Shown: piece by piece, positions 1 through 10,607 of the stretch
How the letters are laid out: each line of letters starts with the position of its first letter
Position numbering within the stretch: position 1 is the stretch's first letter
Assembly: GCA_037379345.1 (NCBI GenBank)
Contig: CM074512.1
Location: forward strand, 62,083,597-62,147,596
DNA from: Perna viridis
Lineage: Eukaryota
Reading direction: 5' to 3'
Length of the DNA stretch: 64,000 nt
Notes under the pieces: generated by a model
Database searches by the model: none
What the model was told of the DNA's origin: nothing
Seen by the model: only the letters and a program-made list of their open reading frames with translations
Program-made: the position numbers and the translations under genes

Positions 1-147
1 AAATACGTACTGATAAGAACAACGCAATATCTAATTCTAAAATCTAAACTTGAAAAAAAAAAACTATTTCAATATTGATTGTTATTTTTTTTACAGATTA
101 TCAGAATAAAATGGTAAAAGGCTGACAGTGCAATAACCTCAGTCGAA

Positions 148-2556
148 ATGAGTGCAAGACGAAAAAAGAAGGATGAAAAACCCCCTCCTGCAATTGGGCC
201 GGGGAGTAAGATTATTTCTCTACCAGACCCATTAAAAAAGCACATAAAACGTGTTGGCGACACAAAGAAAGTTCATCTAAAGTTTGGGAATTGTAATTAT
301 AAAACGTTACCGATTGAAATTTACAACAATGAGGAGCTTAGTCAATTAACAGTAAGATTTACAGCTGAAAATAACCGTCTGAAACGGTTACCAAAGGCAG
401 TATCTGCCTTGGAAAACATAGAGTTCTTGGACATTGAAAATAACAATCTATCTGCATTTCCGGGTTCGGTGGCAAAAATGAAAAAGTTACAAATTCTCAA
501 AATTGAAAATAATTCCATTAAGAAATTGCCTCCATCGATTCATAAAGCCACTGGATTAACTAAAATATTGGCAAAGAACAACCGAATACGTGGATTGCCG
601 AAAAATATTGGAAAATCCGCAGTTGCCTACGTCGATGTTTCTGGAAATTTGATCAAAGCATTTAAAAAGGGAGTCTACGAAATGACTGCTGAAATTGATC
701 TCTCGAACAACCGACTTACCGAAATGCCACCGGCTACCGTGAAGAAACCAAACATTCAGAAAATGGTATTGGCTAACAACGGCATTTCGTATGTCCCGGA
801 CAATATCGATAAACTTCAAAGATTGACCTGGCTTGACCTCTCAAACAATTCCCTACAAGAACTTCCGGCTCAACTTGGTGGCGTAAAATTTCTCCATTTC
901 TTAGACCTGAGTAACAACAACATCAAGAACCTACCGGAAGAGATATGCAATTTAGGATATGCGTTAGATACCCTTAATATTGCAAACAATGAAATTCCTG
1001 TTCTCCCGCACGAGATCGCCAAGCTGAAAAAGCTTCGAGTGTTCTACGTTCAGAACAACCAAGTGGAATATCTTCCTGAAGGAATTCGTGATCTGCCGAG
1101 TCTAAGTGTGCTCGATGTTTCTCAAAACAATTTGAACTCGATGAAATTTGCTGTGTATTTGAAGCAGCTGGAGACATTACATCTTTCAAAGAACCAAATT
1201 GAAGTTATCCCGGTGGAAATCGATCACATGAAATCTTTAGTGGCTTTAGATCTATCATGGAACAAGATTCGAGAGTTGCCGGATTCTGTTGGCAATGTTA
1301 AAACTATGAAATCATTAAATGTCGCAGGAAACAAGTTATTGATGCTACCGGAAACTCTTGGACAGGAGCAAGTGCTGACATTTCTGGATATTTCACATAA
1401 TAAACTAACTGCTGTACCACAGGATCTGCGCAAACTCAGAAACCTCGAAACGTTCAACCTTAGTCACAACGAGGTTGCCGCCATGCCGAAGTCCATAGAT
1501 TTCTTGTACCAACTTCGCTTACTAAACGTTGCCAGCAATGGTTTAACCGAACTTAACTTACCTAAAACACTTACCTCACTAAATTTGTCGGATAATCCAT
1601 TAACGATCAACCCGTCGGATTTACGCTCAGCATTAGTAGTTATCGGCGACAAGGACCATTTAAGGAATATCACCGAACTGACGCTATGCAAACTTAGTAT
1701 GGATGAAATTCCACCTGCCGTATTTAACATGCGTTGCTTGAAACACTTTGACGTGTCGGAAAATGCGCTTAAGAATCTTTCCGATATATGCAAGCTGAAA
1801 GCGTTAGAATCAATTAATGCTAGTAACAATGAATTGACTGAACTACCTGCAAAAATAGGTACATTAAACAAACTTCAGCGGTTAACTGTCAACAACAATG
1901 GAATTACCGAATTTCCCCCGACAATAGTTAAACTTGTGTCTTTGAATCATTTAGATATGTCTTTCAACAAAATGGGTATACTACCTGATAATTTCGGAGA
2001 TCTGAATAAGTTGACTTTATTGGATATATCAAACAATGAGTTGGTGAACTTTCCGAGGGACCAAATTGATGTCTTGGCGTCGCTTTTGAGTTTAAACGTG
2101 TCTAAAAATCACATCGATATAATGCCAATCGAGTTTCCCTATCTGTATCGTTTACAAGCTCTCCAGGTAGCAAGCAATGACATTAAATCACTACCAAATG
2201 ACCTAGATAGAATGAAGAACTTGGAAGTCTTAGACATTTCGGACAATATAATTGAAGTTTTACCAGAAAGAATTTGTAAAATGCCAGCTTTGAAGAAGCT
2301 AGATTGCTCTGATAATAAAATAACCAAGGGATTCCCTAAAGCATGGGAAAATCTTCGGCAAAAATGTTCGATTTCTTATGGAGATCAGTCATCCTTCAAA
2401 GATCGTGAGCCACGTGAGAGACCCCACGATAAAGAAGCAGAGGCACAAAGTAGTCCAAAAGCTGGAAAAAAGGGATTAGGAAAGAAACGAGTCGGTCCCA
2501 CAGGCACACCTCCAGCTAAAATAAAATCACAGAGCATGAAATCTGCACCGCCATAA
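148..2556 (+). CDS. Intronless leucine-rich-repeat-only protein (802 aa, roughly 25-30 tandem LRRs, basic N- and C-terminal tails)
   Basis: Uninterrupted ORF with repeated LxxLxLxxNxLxxLPxx(I/L)xxL units from about aa 65 to 735. Splice acceptor (T-tract)ACAG ends at 96. An in-frame TAA at 115-117 fixes ATG148 as the start. Candidate polyA signal not firmly identified. Confidence 0.9.
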   Translation: MSARRKKKDEKPPPAIGPGSKIISLPDPLKKHIKRVGDTKKVHLKFGNCNYKTLPIEIYNNEELSQLTVRFTAENNRLKRLPKAVSALENIEFLDIENNNLSAFPGSVAKMKKLQILKIENNSIKKLPPSIHKATGLTKILAKNNRIRGLPKNIGKSAVAYVDVSGNLIKAFKKGVYEMTAEIDLSNNRLTEMPPATVKKPNIQKMVLANNGISYVPDNIDKLQRLTWLDLSNNSLQELPAQLGGVKFLHFLDLSNNNIKNLPEEICNLGYALDTLNIANNEIPVLPHEIAKLKKLRVFYVQNNQVEYLPEGIRDLPSLSVLDVSQNNLNSMKFAVYLKQLETLHLSKNQIEVIPVEIDHMKSLVALDLSWNKIRELPDSVGNVKTMKSLNVAGNKLLMLPETLGQEQVLTFLDISHNKLTAVPQDLRKLRNLETFNLSHNEVAAMPKSIDFLYQLRLLNVASNGLTELNLPKTLTSLNLSDNPLTINPSDLRSALVVIGDKDHLRNITELTLCKLSMDEIPPAVFNMRCLKHFDVSENALKNLSDICKLKALESINASNNELTELPAKIGTLNKLQRLTVNNNGITEFPPTIVKLVSLNHLDMSFNKMGILPDNFGDLNKLTLLDISNNELVNFPRDQIDVLASLLSLNVSKNHIDIMPIEFPYLYRLQALQVASNDIKSLPNDLDRMKNLEVLDISDNIIEVLPERICKMPALKKLDCSDNKITKGFPKAWENLRQKCSISYGDQSSFKDREPRERPHDKEAEAQSSPKAGKKGLGKKRVGPTGTPPAKIKSQSMKSAPP

Positions 2557-3234
2557 TCTTGTAGGTTGATGCTAAAGGTTGTGAGCGGAACTCGTGCAGT
2601 CATAAGTCGGTATCATCGGCCATGTAGAAGGAAGAAGATACAGTAACTATCAAGTTCGTCGTCTGTAGTCATGACATCGATGGAGGACTAGAATTCCTCT
2701 TCAATCTACAAGGAACGACAACTCTGGATTATAGATATCGGCCAGATTAGTGTGGTCAAGTGCTAGCATGATAGAGACGTACGATAGGTCAATGTATACT
2801 CAAATCATCTTAGTTTGCAATATATGTGACATGCAATAGAATTCTCATTTAAAATACCATTTGTAAATATTGCTACCATTTTTCTTACCGAATCATGTTG
2901 TTATGCTATAGTTTCTGAATCGTTGTATGGTGCTCTGTTGATTTCAATGTAACTGCTTTTTTTTTAATCTAGATGCGTTTTATATTTGTATAACCATGGC
3001 CACTTTATTGAGAATTTTTCTACTTTTGGTCTTTAATCTGAATTCTTCTGAATACTAGTTTTACCGTCTATGGAAATAGTATTTTTATTTAAACTGAAAT
3101 CCTTTATCATATTTGTAAAAATTACTATAAAAACTTGTTTTACATTCACTGGTTTCTGTAGTAATTTGTGAACAGTGCCATTAATTGAAAGCCGTGCATT
3201 TCGGTTTCAATGTTGGCCTTTAACTGACGAGTTT

Positions 3235-3336
3235 CAGGGGCGGATCCATGTCGGAAACCCCTATGTTGGGAAATTTGATGAGCAAATATTAGCCCGGAAC
3301 CCCTTGCCCCCTTTCAATTTTCTTGAATCCGCCCTG
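3235..3336. mobile_element. Short MITE-like element with CAGGGGCGGATCC / GAATCCGCCCTG terminal inverted repeats
   Basis: Terminal inverted repeats seen directly. Same TIR type as the three copies at 8750-9544. Confidence 0.55.
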
Positions 3337-3884
3337 TGTTAATATAAAGAATTTGTATCGAATGACAGCGAGTTGTGTATATCTTGCCGTTTAATACCTC
3401 CGGTAGTTTATTGAAGAAAAAAAAACATAATTCATTAGACTTTTGAATTGACGTGTTGTCTTATGTCGTGAGTTAGTACGAATTTAAGTGTCTGGCCGCA
3501 ACTTCGTCTCGATTCATGTTTGGAGCATATTGATATATTTATCATGTATACTGGTAGAAATCAAAACCGAATCCTAGACGGTCACTCTCTGTGTGAAATC
3601 GTGTTAATTTTAGGTCCGTATCCATGTGTTTACAAATCATCCATTTTTATAGAATATTCATATTTTTTTGTTGTAAATGTTATAGAAGTAAGAAAATAGA
3701 ACCGTCCAAAGACTTAAACTGTGATACCTAATTGATATCTTATTTAATTTGTTATCTTTACTTATTAAAATTACACTATTTTCTATACGGCTTTATATTG
3801 TTGTTCCTTTTCAGTGCGAGAGAAGTGAATTGTAGGCGAATGACGAAGGAATATCTATCTTCAATGAAACTTAGCATAAAACGA

Positions 3885-4020
3885 GAATAGGTATGGTGAA
3901 TATGTCAAAGAGATAACGACCCCACCTGGATGAAAATGTCAGCCCAAGGCCAACCATTGGTATTCAATGAACGACGAGGAAACCCTCACACTACAGTGCA
4001 GGCTGCAGCTGGTCCCAAAA
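3885..4020 (-). mobile_element. SINE-like dispersed repeat, copy 1 of 4 (others at about 13398-13503, 33976-34053, 39404-39525)
   Basis: Shared sequence GAATGGATATGGTGAATATGTCAAAGAGACAAC...GGATGAAAATGTCAGC, found in both orientations at four loci. The SINE class and strand are inferred from resemblance to mollusc central-domain SINEs. Confidence 0.5.
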
Positions 4021-5365
4021 CATCATTACACAAAAGTACAGCGAAAGAGTTGCCCCTATATGCTCAAGTAACATACAAATAAACTAAAGGTGAAAAACAA
4101 AACAACCAATATCTTATGTCTTGATGTTACTGGTACAGGAATCGAGAAAATAGAGACCATTGTGCAATTTGCATGAACACACATAAAAACAACGACTTGA
4201 GGAAATCAAAAGCTCAAATACCCTTTTTAAATGTTAGACTTGTATGCTTCGTTGAAGATCAGTTCACATTTAAGAACGTCTTGGAAAGACCGGGAAAAGA
4301 TGATGCCACACAGATAAATACGATCTACAATAACGGAAATATAGACCGCAAACTCAGTACCTAAAAACGCAAAAATAGTTCCGCCGCCATCGACAGAGCA
4401 TCCAACATTTGAGTGTGTTTTTTTCCCAAACTGTAAAGGTCTTGTGATAATCGAAAACAGGAATAAATAATGGAAGTCTTGGTGATAAAGCTACATAACA
4501 GTAGACCGAGTTGTATGTTTAGAAGTGACAGTGTACTAAAAAGTCTACGTACAAAAATTATCTCTTCATTGGCATGCAGTGCCGATCACTAAACACGTGG
4601 AATTTTTACCTTCATGCATATCTATTTTTAAGAACCCCATGTCTCAACAGAAGTTAATTTAATGACCACTATCTGTTCAGAACGGGACAGGAATCACAAA
4701 CCAAAGACAAAACAACCCCTACCAAAATAACAAAACAAAAAAAAAACCAAACAAACACCTAATATAAAACCAAAAAACTCAATATGACAACAACAAAAAA
4801 TGTCCAGGGGTCATTAGGACAAGTATATAGCTTTCTGTCATTCCTGTTGGTTGTTTGGCACAAGTAGTAAACAAAATTGCTTTTTTATCATAGCATTCCG
4901 TTGAGCGAACCTTGTGGAAAACCCAACAGAACCACGAATTATCCTATTTCATCTTAATAGTATTTTCTTCTTTTAGTGAAGTGGTTTCATTGATCAAAGC
5001 GCAACAACTCGGATCTGGTGAAAAGCTTCGAAATCAGTAAAATTTCGTTTATTTTTCGCATTTTTTTATATTTCATTTCATTTTATTTTGTTTTTGTTTT
5101 TTTTTTCTTCATTATCTAAAACTACTTTATTTCAAGCTCAGTAAGTTTTAAGTAGTAATTAGCAACTTGCCAAAACTTAACGAGAAATCGAAAGACCCAA
5201 GCTCTGTGCTTCGGTAATTAATTAATCATGTACTAACCCAAGCGACACTAAAAACTGCTCACCACAAATCTTCAGTTCAGGGCGTGGATCTGTCGTTCGG
5301 ATACGAAGTGTCATTGTCAACATAATAATATCTGACAGATTAAAGCTCAAAGTGACAGCAGTGTG

Positions 5366-5401
5366 TATAAATATTAATACAAACTTATTTTAGCATCACT
5401 T
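5366..5401 (+). promoter_or_regulatory. TATA box plus Inr-like core promoter of the BTB gene
   Basis: TATAAATA at 5366-5373, with TCACTT about 30 nt downstream and the ATG at 5444. Confidence 0.5.
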
Positions 5402-5443
5402 TAAACATTTTCATCAGACCCTGTACCCTACCGCTGACTTGCT

Positions 5444-6298
5444 ATGGCTTGTTTTACCAGTACTCCGAAATCCAAAAGCGGAGAAAAGGTTGCACTTCTG
5501 AACTTTGATGAAATAGAGGACGACGTTTCGTCAGGATACGATTCTCCTGCATTTGTTCATGACATTGATAACGAACGCAAAGAAGACAAGACAATAGAAA
5601 CTGAGTACATCGTATGTGAAGAATCTGAACTTTCATCTGACGAGGGTTGCTTCGAGTCAGACGATGATAGCGATGATCTTGATTATCTCGAAGAACAAGA
5701 ATTTGCACCGGACGACACCATGAAAGTTACGAACATGCAACCGTTGATAGACAATATACGCTACATTCTATCGATGCCAGATATGTGTGACGTGGTGTTC
5801 CTTGTAGGGCCACAGAGAATTCCAACTTTCGGACTGAAATCGATTCTCGGAACTCGAAGTAACGTTTTCTTTAGTATGTTCTTGAAAAAATCAAGAGATG
5901 AAATGAACTCAAAGAAAAAATCCAAGAAGAACAAGACCGTCTGTTTTGATAACAAGACAACGATTATAATTGACAGCTATGATGTTGATGTTTTCCAATC
6001 ATTTTTACTTTTTATTCACTGTGGATCTGTTGTCATGGATGCTACAACTGTTGTTGGTCTATTGTGTTGTGCTGCGGAGTTCGATATACCGGAACTACGT
6101 ACTGCATGCTGGGAATTCATAGATAGATGTCTGACTCCGTGTACTGTTACCGTTGTTCTTAAAGAAACACTTAGATACGAAGACCATGTCGTTGCACGGA
6201 AAGTTAGAGATGCAGTTTCAGACAGAAAGACTCAGATAACATCGAAAAAGAAAGCGTGTGTACGTGTTGGGCCTGTTGGTCAGGAAACAGTGGTGTAA
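5444..6298 (+). CDS. Intronless BTB/POZ-domain protein (284 aa; acidic N-terminus, BTB plus 3-box; serine-enriched/gprs-like type)
   Basis: BTB hallmarks: MCDVVFLVGPQR..FGLKSILGTRSNVFFSMF...IIIDSYDVDVFQSFLLFIHCGSV...LLCCAAEFDIPELRTACWEFI. AATAAA at 6400-6405. Confidence 0.88.
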   Translation: MACFTSTPKSKSGEKVALLNFDEIEDDVSSGYDSPAFVHDIDNERKEDKTIETEYIVCEESELSSDEGCFESDDDSDDLDYLEEQEFAPDDTMKVTNMQPLIDNIRYILSMPDMCDVVFLVGPQRIPTFGLKSILGTRSNVFFSMFLKKSRDEMNSKKKSKKNKTVCFDNKTTIIIDSYDVDVFQSFLLFIHCGSVVMDATTVVGLLCCAAEFDIPELRTACWEFIDRCLTPCTVTVVLKETLRYEDHVVARKVRDAVSDRKTQITSKKKACVRVGPVGQETVV

Positions 6299-6469
6299 AA
6301 CTTGGTATTGTCGAACTCAGATAATTTTTAATAGTGCTAAATATTAGGCAATTGAAATTGTACAGACATTTTATATTTGTTATGGTTTTAAGGTGCTTTA
6401 ATAAAACTTTTATACATTGTAATTAGAATTATTGAATTTGGTTGTATTGATATTAACATCATTACCCAA

Positions 6470-7545
6470 AACAAGGACACAAAACCAAGGATAAAAGTGA
6501 CACAGACATCCGTGGAAAAAAGGCAAAAAACGTTCATGAAAAGTCGAAGGTAAAAGAAAACCTTGGGGTAAAAACAACAGCACAAAGCCTCTGCCAAAAG
6601 GTAGAATACAAAGAATAAGCATCCATGGAAAAACAATGGATACTCATTCATGAAAAAATTACAGTGACAAAACGTACATGGAAACGATTACACAAAGCAA
6701 GGGATAAAACGGCATTAACATTCATGGAAAAATGGTGAAAAAATAGCCATAGAAAAAAATCATTGAAAAACCATCACATTCATACATGAAAAACTGCAGC
6801 ACGAAACATCTGTTAGAAAAAAATTTAAAAAAAAACAATGATAAACAATGCAAAAAAACGTTCAAGGGAAAATAATAGCAAACGCATTCATGATTTAAAA
6901 AAATGGGTAAGCATTAGTTAAAATATGGAAATCACATTCCTAAGAAACAATGCAAAAACATTCTAAAGAAACATGAAAAAAAAAACAGGAAGAAAAAAAG
7001 GCGAATCATCCATTAAATCCAATGGCACAAATAATAAACCGTCAAAATTATCATCATGAACAACACATTCATTGGTGAACAAAATTATCTGTCATCATGA
7101 ACAACACATTCATTGGTGAAGAAAAATAAGAGGAAGAATGGATGAAGCTTCCACGAAAAACCACCCGAAAAACATTCATGATTTTTGTCTCACTACGACA
7201 AAAAAAAACGTACATGGAAAACAATGGCGCAAGATGTGCACATAATACATCAATGGAAAACAAAAATCCTTTCCATACAAACAAATAAATAAAACATTAA
7301 CAAAAACAAGTACAAAAAAAAAAGTCATAAAAAATTGCAAAAGCATTAATGGGGAAAAAACAATGTAAAAGCATTTCTGAAAAAGTCAATAAAAAAAAAA
7401 AAACATTGGCAAAAACAGTCATAAAAATGCAAGAAGATGCAATCGCAACGGTGAAAGAATTCATATACAAACAATAGACAACAACATTAAAACAATGTGC
7501 GAAAATTCGACCATAGATAAGAAAATAAAACAAATAAACCACAAC
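6470..7545. repeat. Degenerate, strongly A-skewed low-complexity repeat (recurrent TTCATG(G/A)AAAAA motif)
   Basis: Many CATGGAAAAA/CATGAAAA variants spaced tens of bp apart, plus a local duplication near 7043-7120. Confidence 0.6.
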
Positions 7546-8749
7546 GGCGTAGTCAGATAATCACCAATCATTCTTCCTTTTTCACCATAGTTTATGTTCT
7601 AACAGACAAGTGGACAACGGTTTTACAAAAAAATCATTTTTAAAGAAAACCTATAAATGGGAAATCAACCATAAGAAAAGGAAAATAACTTAAAAATAAT
7701 GTTATATCTTCAACTGTCATCTGGAGTCAGAAAATTAAACTATGTCGTTTTGTGTTGGTACTGTGGTTTTTAATAAGCTGAAATACTTATTCATAAAGGG
7801 AAAGATTTGATATTTTTAATCAACCTCATCCGCAGACCTACAAGCCGCTTTCTGTTTCACTATATATCACTCTGCTAGTTTATAGGCACTGCCAAACAGA
7901 ATATGAAAAATTCATAAGGCACAATAGCTAATCATTACAAATCTGCAAAGCTATTCCCGTTGTGCTGTACTAATTTGCACAAAGAAGCGGACCCTTTACC
8001 CCGGTCTGAACCATTGAAGCGTTTCTCTCTCTGTTAATCGTTTGTTTTGTTGCTGGCATTATCAATACACTCAGCAAAAAAAAACTCAAAATATAAACGT
8101 GTCAACTTGTTACCTTCTATATTCAACTTCTATGGAGAGAAATTGATCCGTAATTCTTAATGTTCCGAAAATACCAAAAAACATTTATTATAATGAAAAA
8201 TAAACATGAACTTGGTGAACATAAGAGTAACCAGTGAAGTTGTTAATTACATATATTAAACAGAAAATATCATAGATAAAGTACCATCTTTGCAGTCTCC
8301 ATTGAAATGACGGAGGAAAATCGAAAACACAATTTTAATGTAACCTTTTGAAATTCAAATAATCATTTCATATTGTTTATGTTCGTAATCAATACAGGAA
8401 TTAAAAGAAAGCGTCATATTTTACGTATCTAAGGTAGACATTGATCCGAGTTATAGATATGTCAGCAATTGCCTATAGAGATGTCAGTTGAGAGGCACGG
8501 TGTAGGTACCAGAAACAGGCAAATAACTACGTTTAGTGGTGAGGTGTAGTGTAGGTATCTAAAACCGGCAAAAACTACAATCGAGAGAAAGGTGCAGTGC
8601 AGGTATCTATAACAGGCAAAAACTACAATCGAGAGAAAGGTGCAGTGTAGGTATTTACAACAGGTAAAAACTACAATCGAGAGAAAGGTGCAGTGTAGGT
8701 ATCTACAACAGACAAAAACTACAATTGAGTGAGGTGTAGTGAAGGTATA

Positions 8750-9544
8750 CTGGAGAAGATCCAGTAACTTTGAAAAGAAGGGGTGCCAGCCGGGGTTCCT
8801 CAGAAAATGGGAGTGCTAGGCCATTATTTGTCAATTTTACATATGTCCAATAAAAAGGGAATGCCACCCCTGCATCCCCTGGGTCCGCCACTGGTATATA
8901 AAACGCAAAATCTACAATTAGGAGAGGTGCAGTAAAGGTATCTAAAATAAGCAAATATATAACCAGGGGAGGGGTGTATAGTGTAGGTATATAAAACAGG
9001 CAAAAACTACAACCAAGGGAGAGATGCAGTGTAGGTATCTACAACAGGCAAACACTACAAATTTTTGAGGTGTAGTGAAGGTATACTGGGGCAGATCCAG
9101 ATAGTTTGAAAAGGAGGAATACCAGACGGGATTCCTCAGAAAATGGGGGTGCTAGGACATTATTTGCCATTATTTGTCAATTTTACATGTGTCCAATAAA
9201 AAGGGAATGCCACCCCTGCATCCCCCTGGATCCGCCACTGGTATAAAAACGCAAAATCTACAATTAGGAGAGGCGCAGTGAAGGTATCTAAAATCAGCAA
9301 AACCTATAACCAGGGGAGAGGTGTATAGTGTAGGTATATAAAACAGGCAAAAACTACAACTGGGTGAGGTGTAGTGAAGGTATACTGGGGCAGATCCAGC
9401 AACTTTGAAAAGGACGGATACCAGACGGGGTTCCTCAGAAAAATTGGGGTGCTAGAACATTATTTGCCATTATTTTTCAATTTTATACATGTCTAATAAA
9501 AAGGGGAGGCAAACCCCCTACACCTCCCACTGGATCCGCCATTG
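8750..9544. mobile_element. Three copies of a ~145-160 bp MITE (8750-8893, 9086-9240, 9385-9544) inside the minisatellite
   Basis: Imperfect TIRs CTGGGGCAGATCCAG / TGGATCCGCCACTG. Each copy is flanked by GTATA...GTAT(A/G), an apparent 5-bp TSD. Confidence 0.75.
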
Positions 9545-9880
9545 GTATGTAAACAGGCAAAAGTACAATGCTGAGAGATGCAGTGAAGGTATCTTAAATA
9601 GGCAAAACCTACAACCAGGAGAGGGGTGTATAGTGAAGGTATCTAATTAAGCAAAAACTACAACCTGTGGAGGGGTGTATAGTGAAGGTATCTAAACAGG
9701 CAAAAACTTCAATCAGGGGAAGGTGTATAGTGAAGATATCTGAAACAGGCAAAGACTACAATAGTGGAGAGGTGTAGTGAAGGTATCTAAAACAGGTAAA
9801 ACTACAACCAGGGGTGTATAGCGTAGGTACCTAAGCACCCATAAACTGCAACCAGGTGAGGGGTGCAGCGAAGGTATCTA

Positions 9881-10268
9881 AGAGTAATCAAGGGAACCAA
9901 GGTTAAGCGGTAATCAAAAGAAAGTAATCAGGGACAAAGACCAAACAAGGAAACAGACATACACAACAAAGAACATAAAGTAACTGAAATGATACATACA
10001 AAGTAACAAAAGCAAATGAGCAACTCGGACTCCACTAAAAACTGGGAGCATGGACCAGGTGCACCGGTAGGGTAAGCGTCCTCTGCTTTTCTAGAAGCAC
10101 CCACCGAATTGCTCATAAAAAGTCAAGTGCGGGGTAGACAAACGAGGAAAGGAAAACTATGATCCGTTCAATAAATCAGTTTTCATACTGCAGATGTATA
10201 CACCATAACGATCCAAAAGTTCATGATGGCAACCATAAAATTTCTGTAGTGATGACTTCAATCTTGAC
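9881..10268 (-). mobile_element. Penelope-like element 3' fragment (copy A)
   Basis: Near-identical to 10608-10990. Ends in the family terminus CCCTTGATTACTCT and includes the end of the RT ORF. Confidence 0.8.
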
Positions 10269-10607
10269 TTCTTCAACTTTCAATATAATAGGCAAAAACA
10301 TAAATCGGGGGAGTGACGAAGTGAAAGTATTCAAAGCAGGCAAAATGCTGTATTGGGGAGGTGTAGTGACGGTGTCTGAAACATGCAAAATTACAATCAA
10401 TGCAGAGGTGCATCTAAAACAGGCACGGGTAAGTGTAGTGAAAATATATGAAACAGGCAATAGCTACAGTCAGTGGAAAAGTGAAATAAAGGTATCTGAA
10501 ACAGGCAAAAACCGTAATCAGGGGAGAGATGAGATGAAAGTATCCAATACAGAAAACCCTGACAGTCAAAACAAAGCATAGAATAGACACCCAAAACATG
10601 TAATGAA

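Larger units (their letters stand above)
8495..10560. repeat. ~48-bp minisatellite array (AGGTATCTAAAACAGGCAAAAACTACAATCGAGAGAAAGGTGCAGTGT-like), interrupted by MITEs and Penelope-like fragments
   Basis: TCGAGAGA recurs at 8581, 8629 and 8677 (period 48). Diverged units continue to 9880, resume at about 10290-10560, and remnants lie at about 11750-11822. Confidence 0.85.

Noticed and set aside
556-2603. Several minus-strand ORFs within the LRR gene, and similar ones in the BTB and membrane-protein genes
   Set aside because: Antisense shadows of real CDSs with no recognisable motifs.
6388-7542. Hydrophobic minus-strand ORFs (F/L/V/C-rich)
   Set aside because: Artefact of the T-rich strand of the A-skewed repeat.
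8495-9880. CRISPR-like appearance of repeats with variable spacing (also 24044-24110, 25761-25984)
   Set aside because: Units are contiguous tandem repeats without unique spacers, there are no cas genes, and the context is eukaryotic.
9928-10116. Repeated small ORF MSNSVGASRKAEDAYPTGAPGP... (also 10656-10844, 61386-61628, and a variant at 13087-13299)
   Set aside because: Lies in the Penelope-like 3' UTR. The frame is not kept among copies, so the repetition reflects TE copies, not a peptide gene family.
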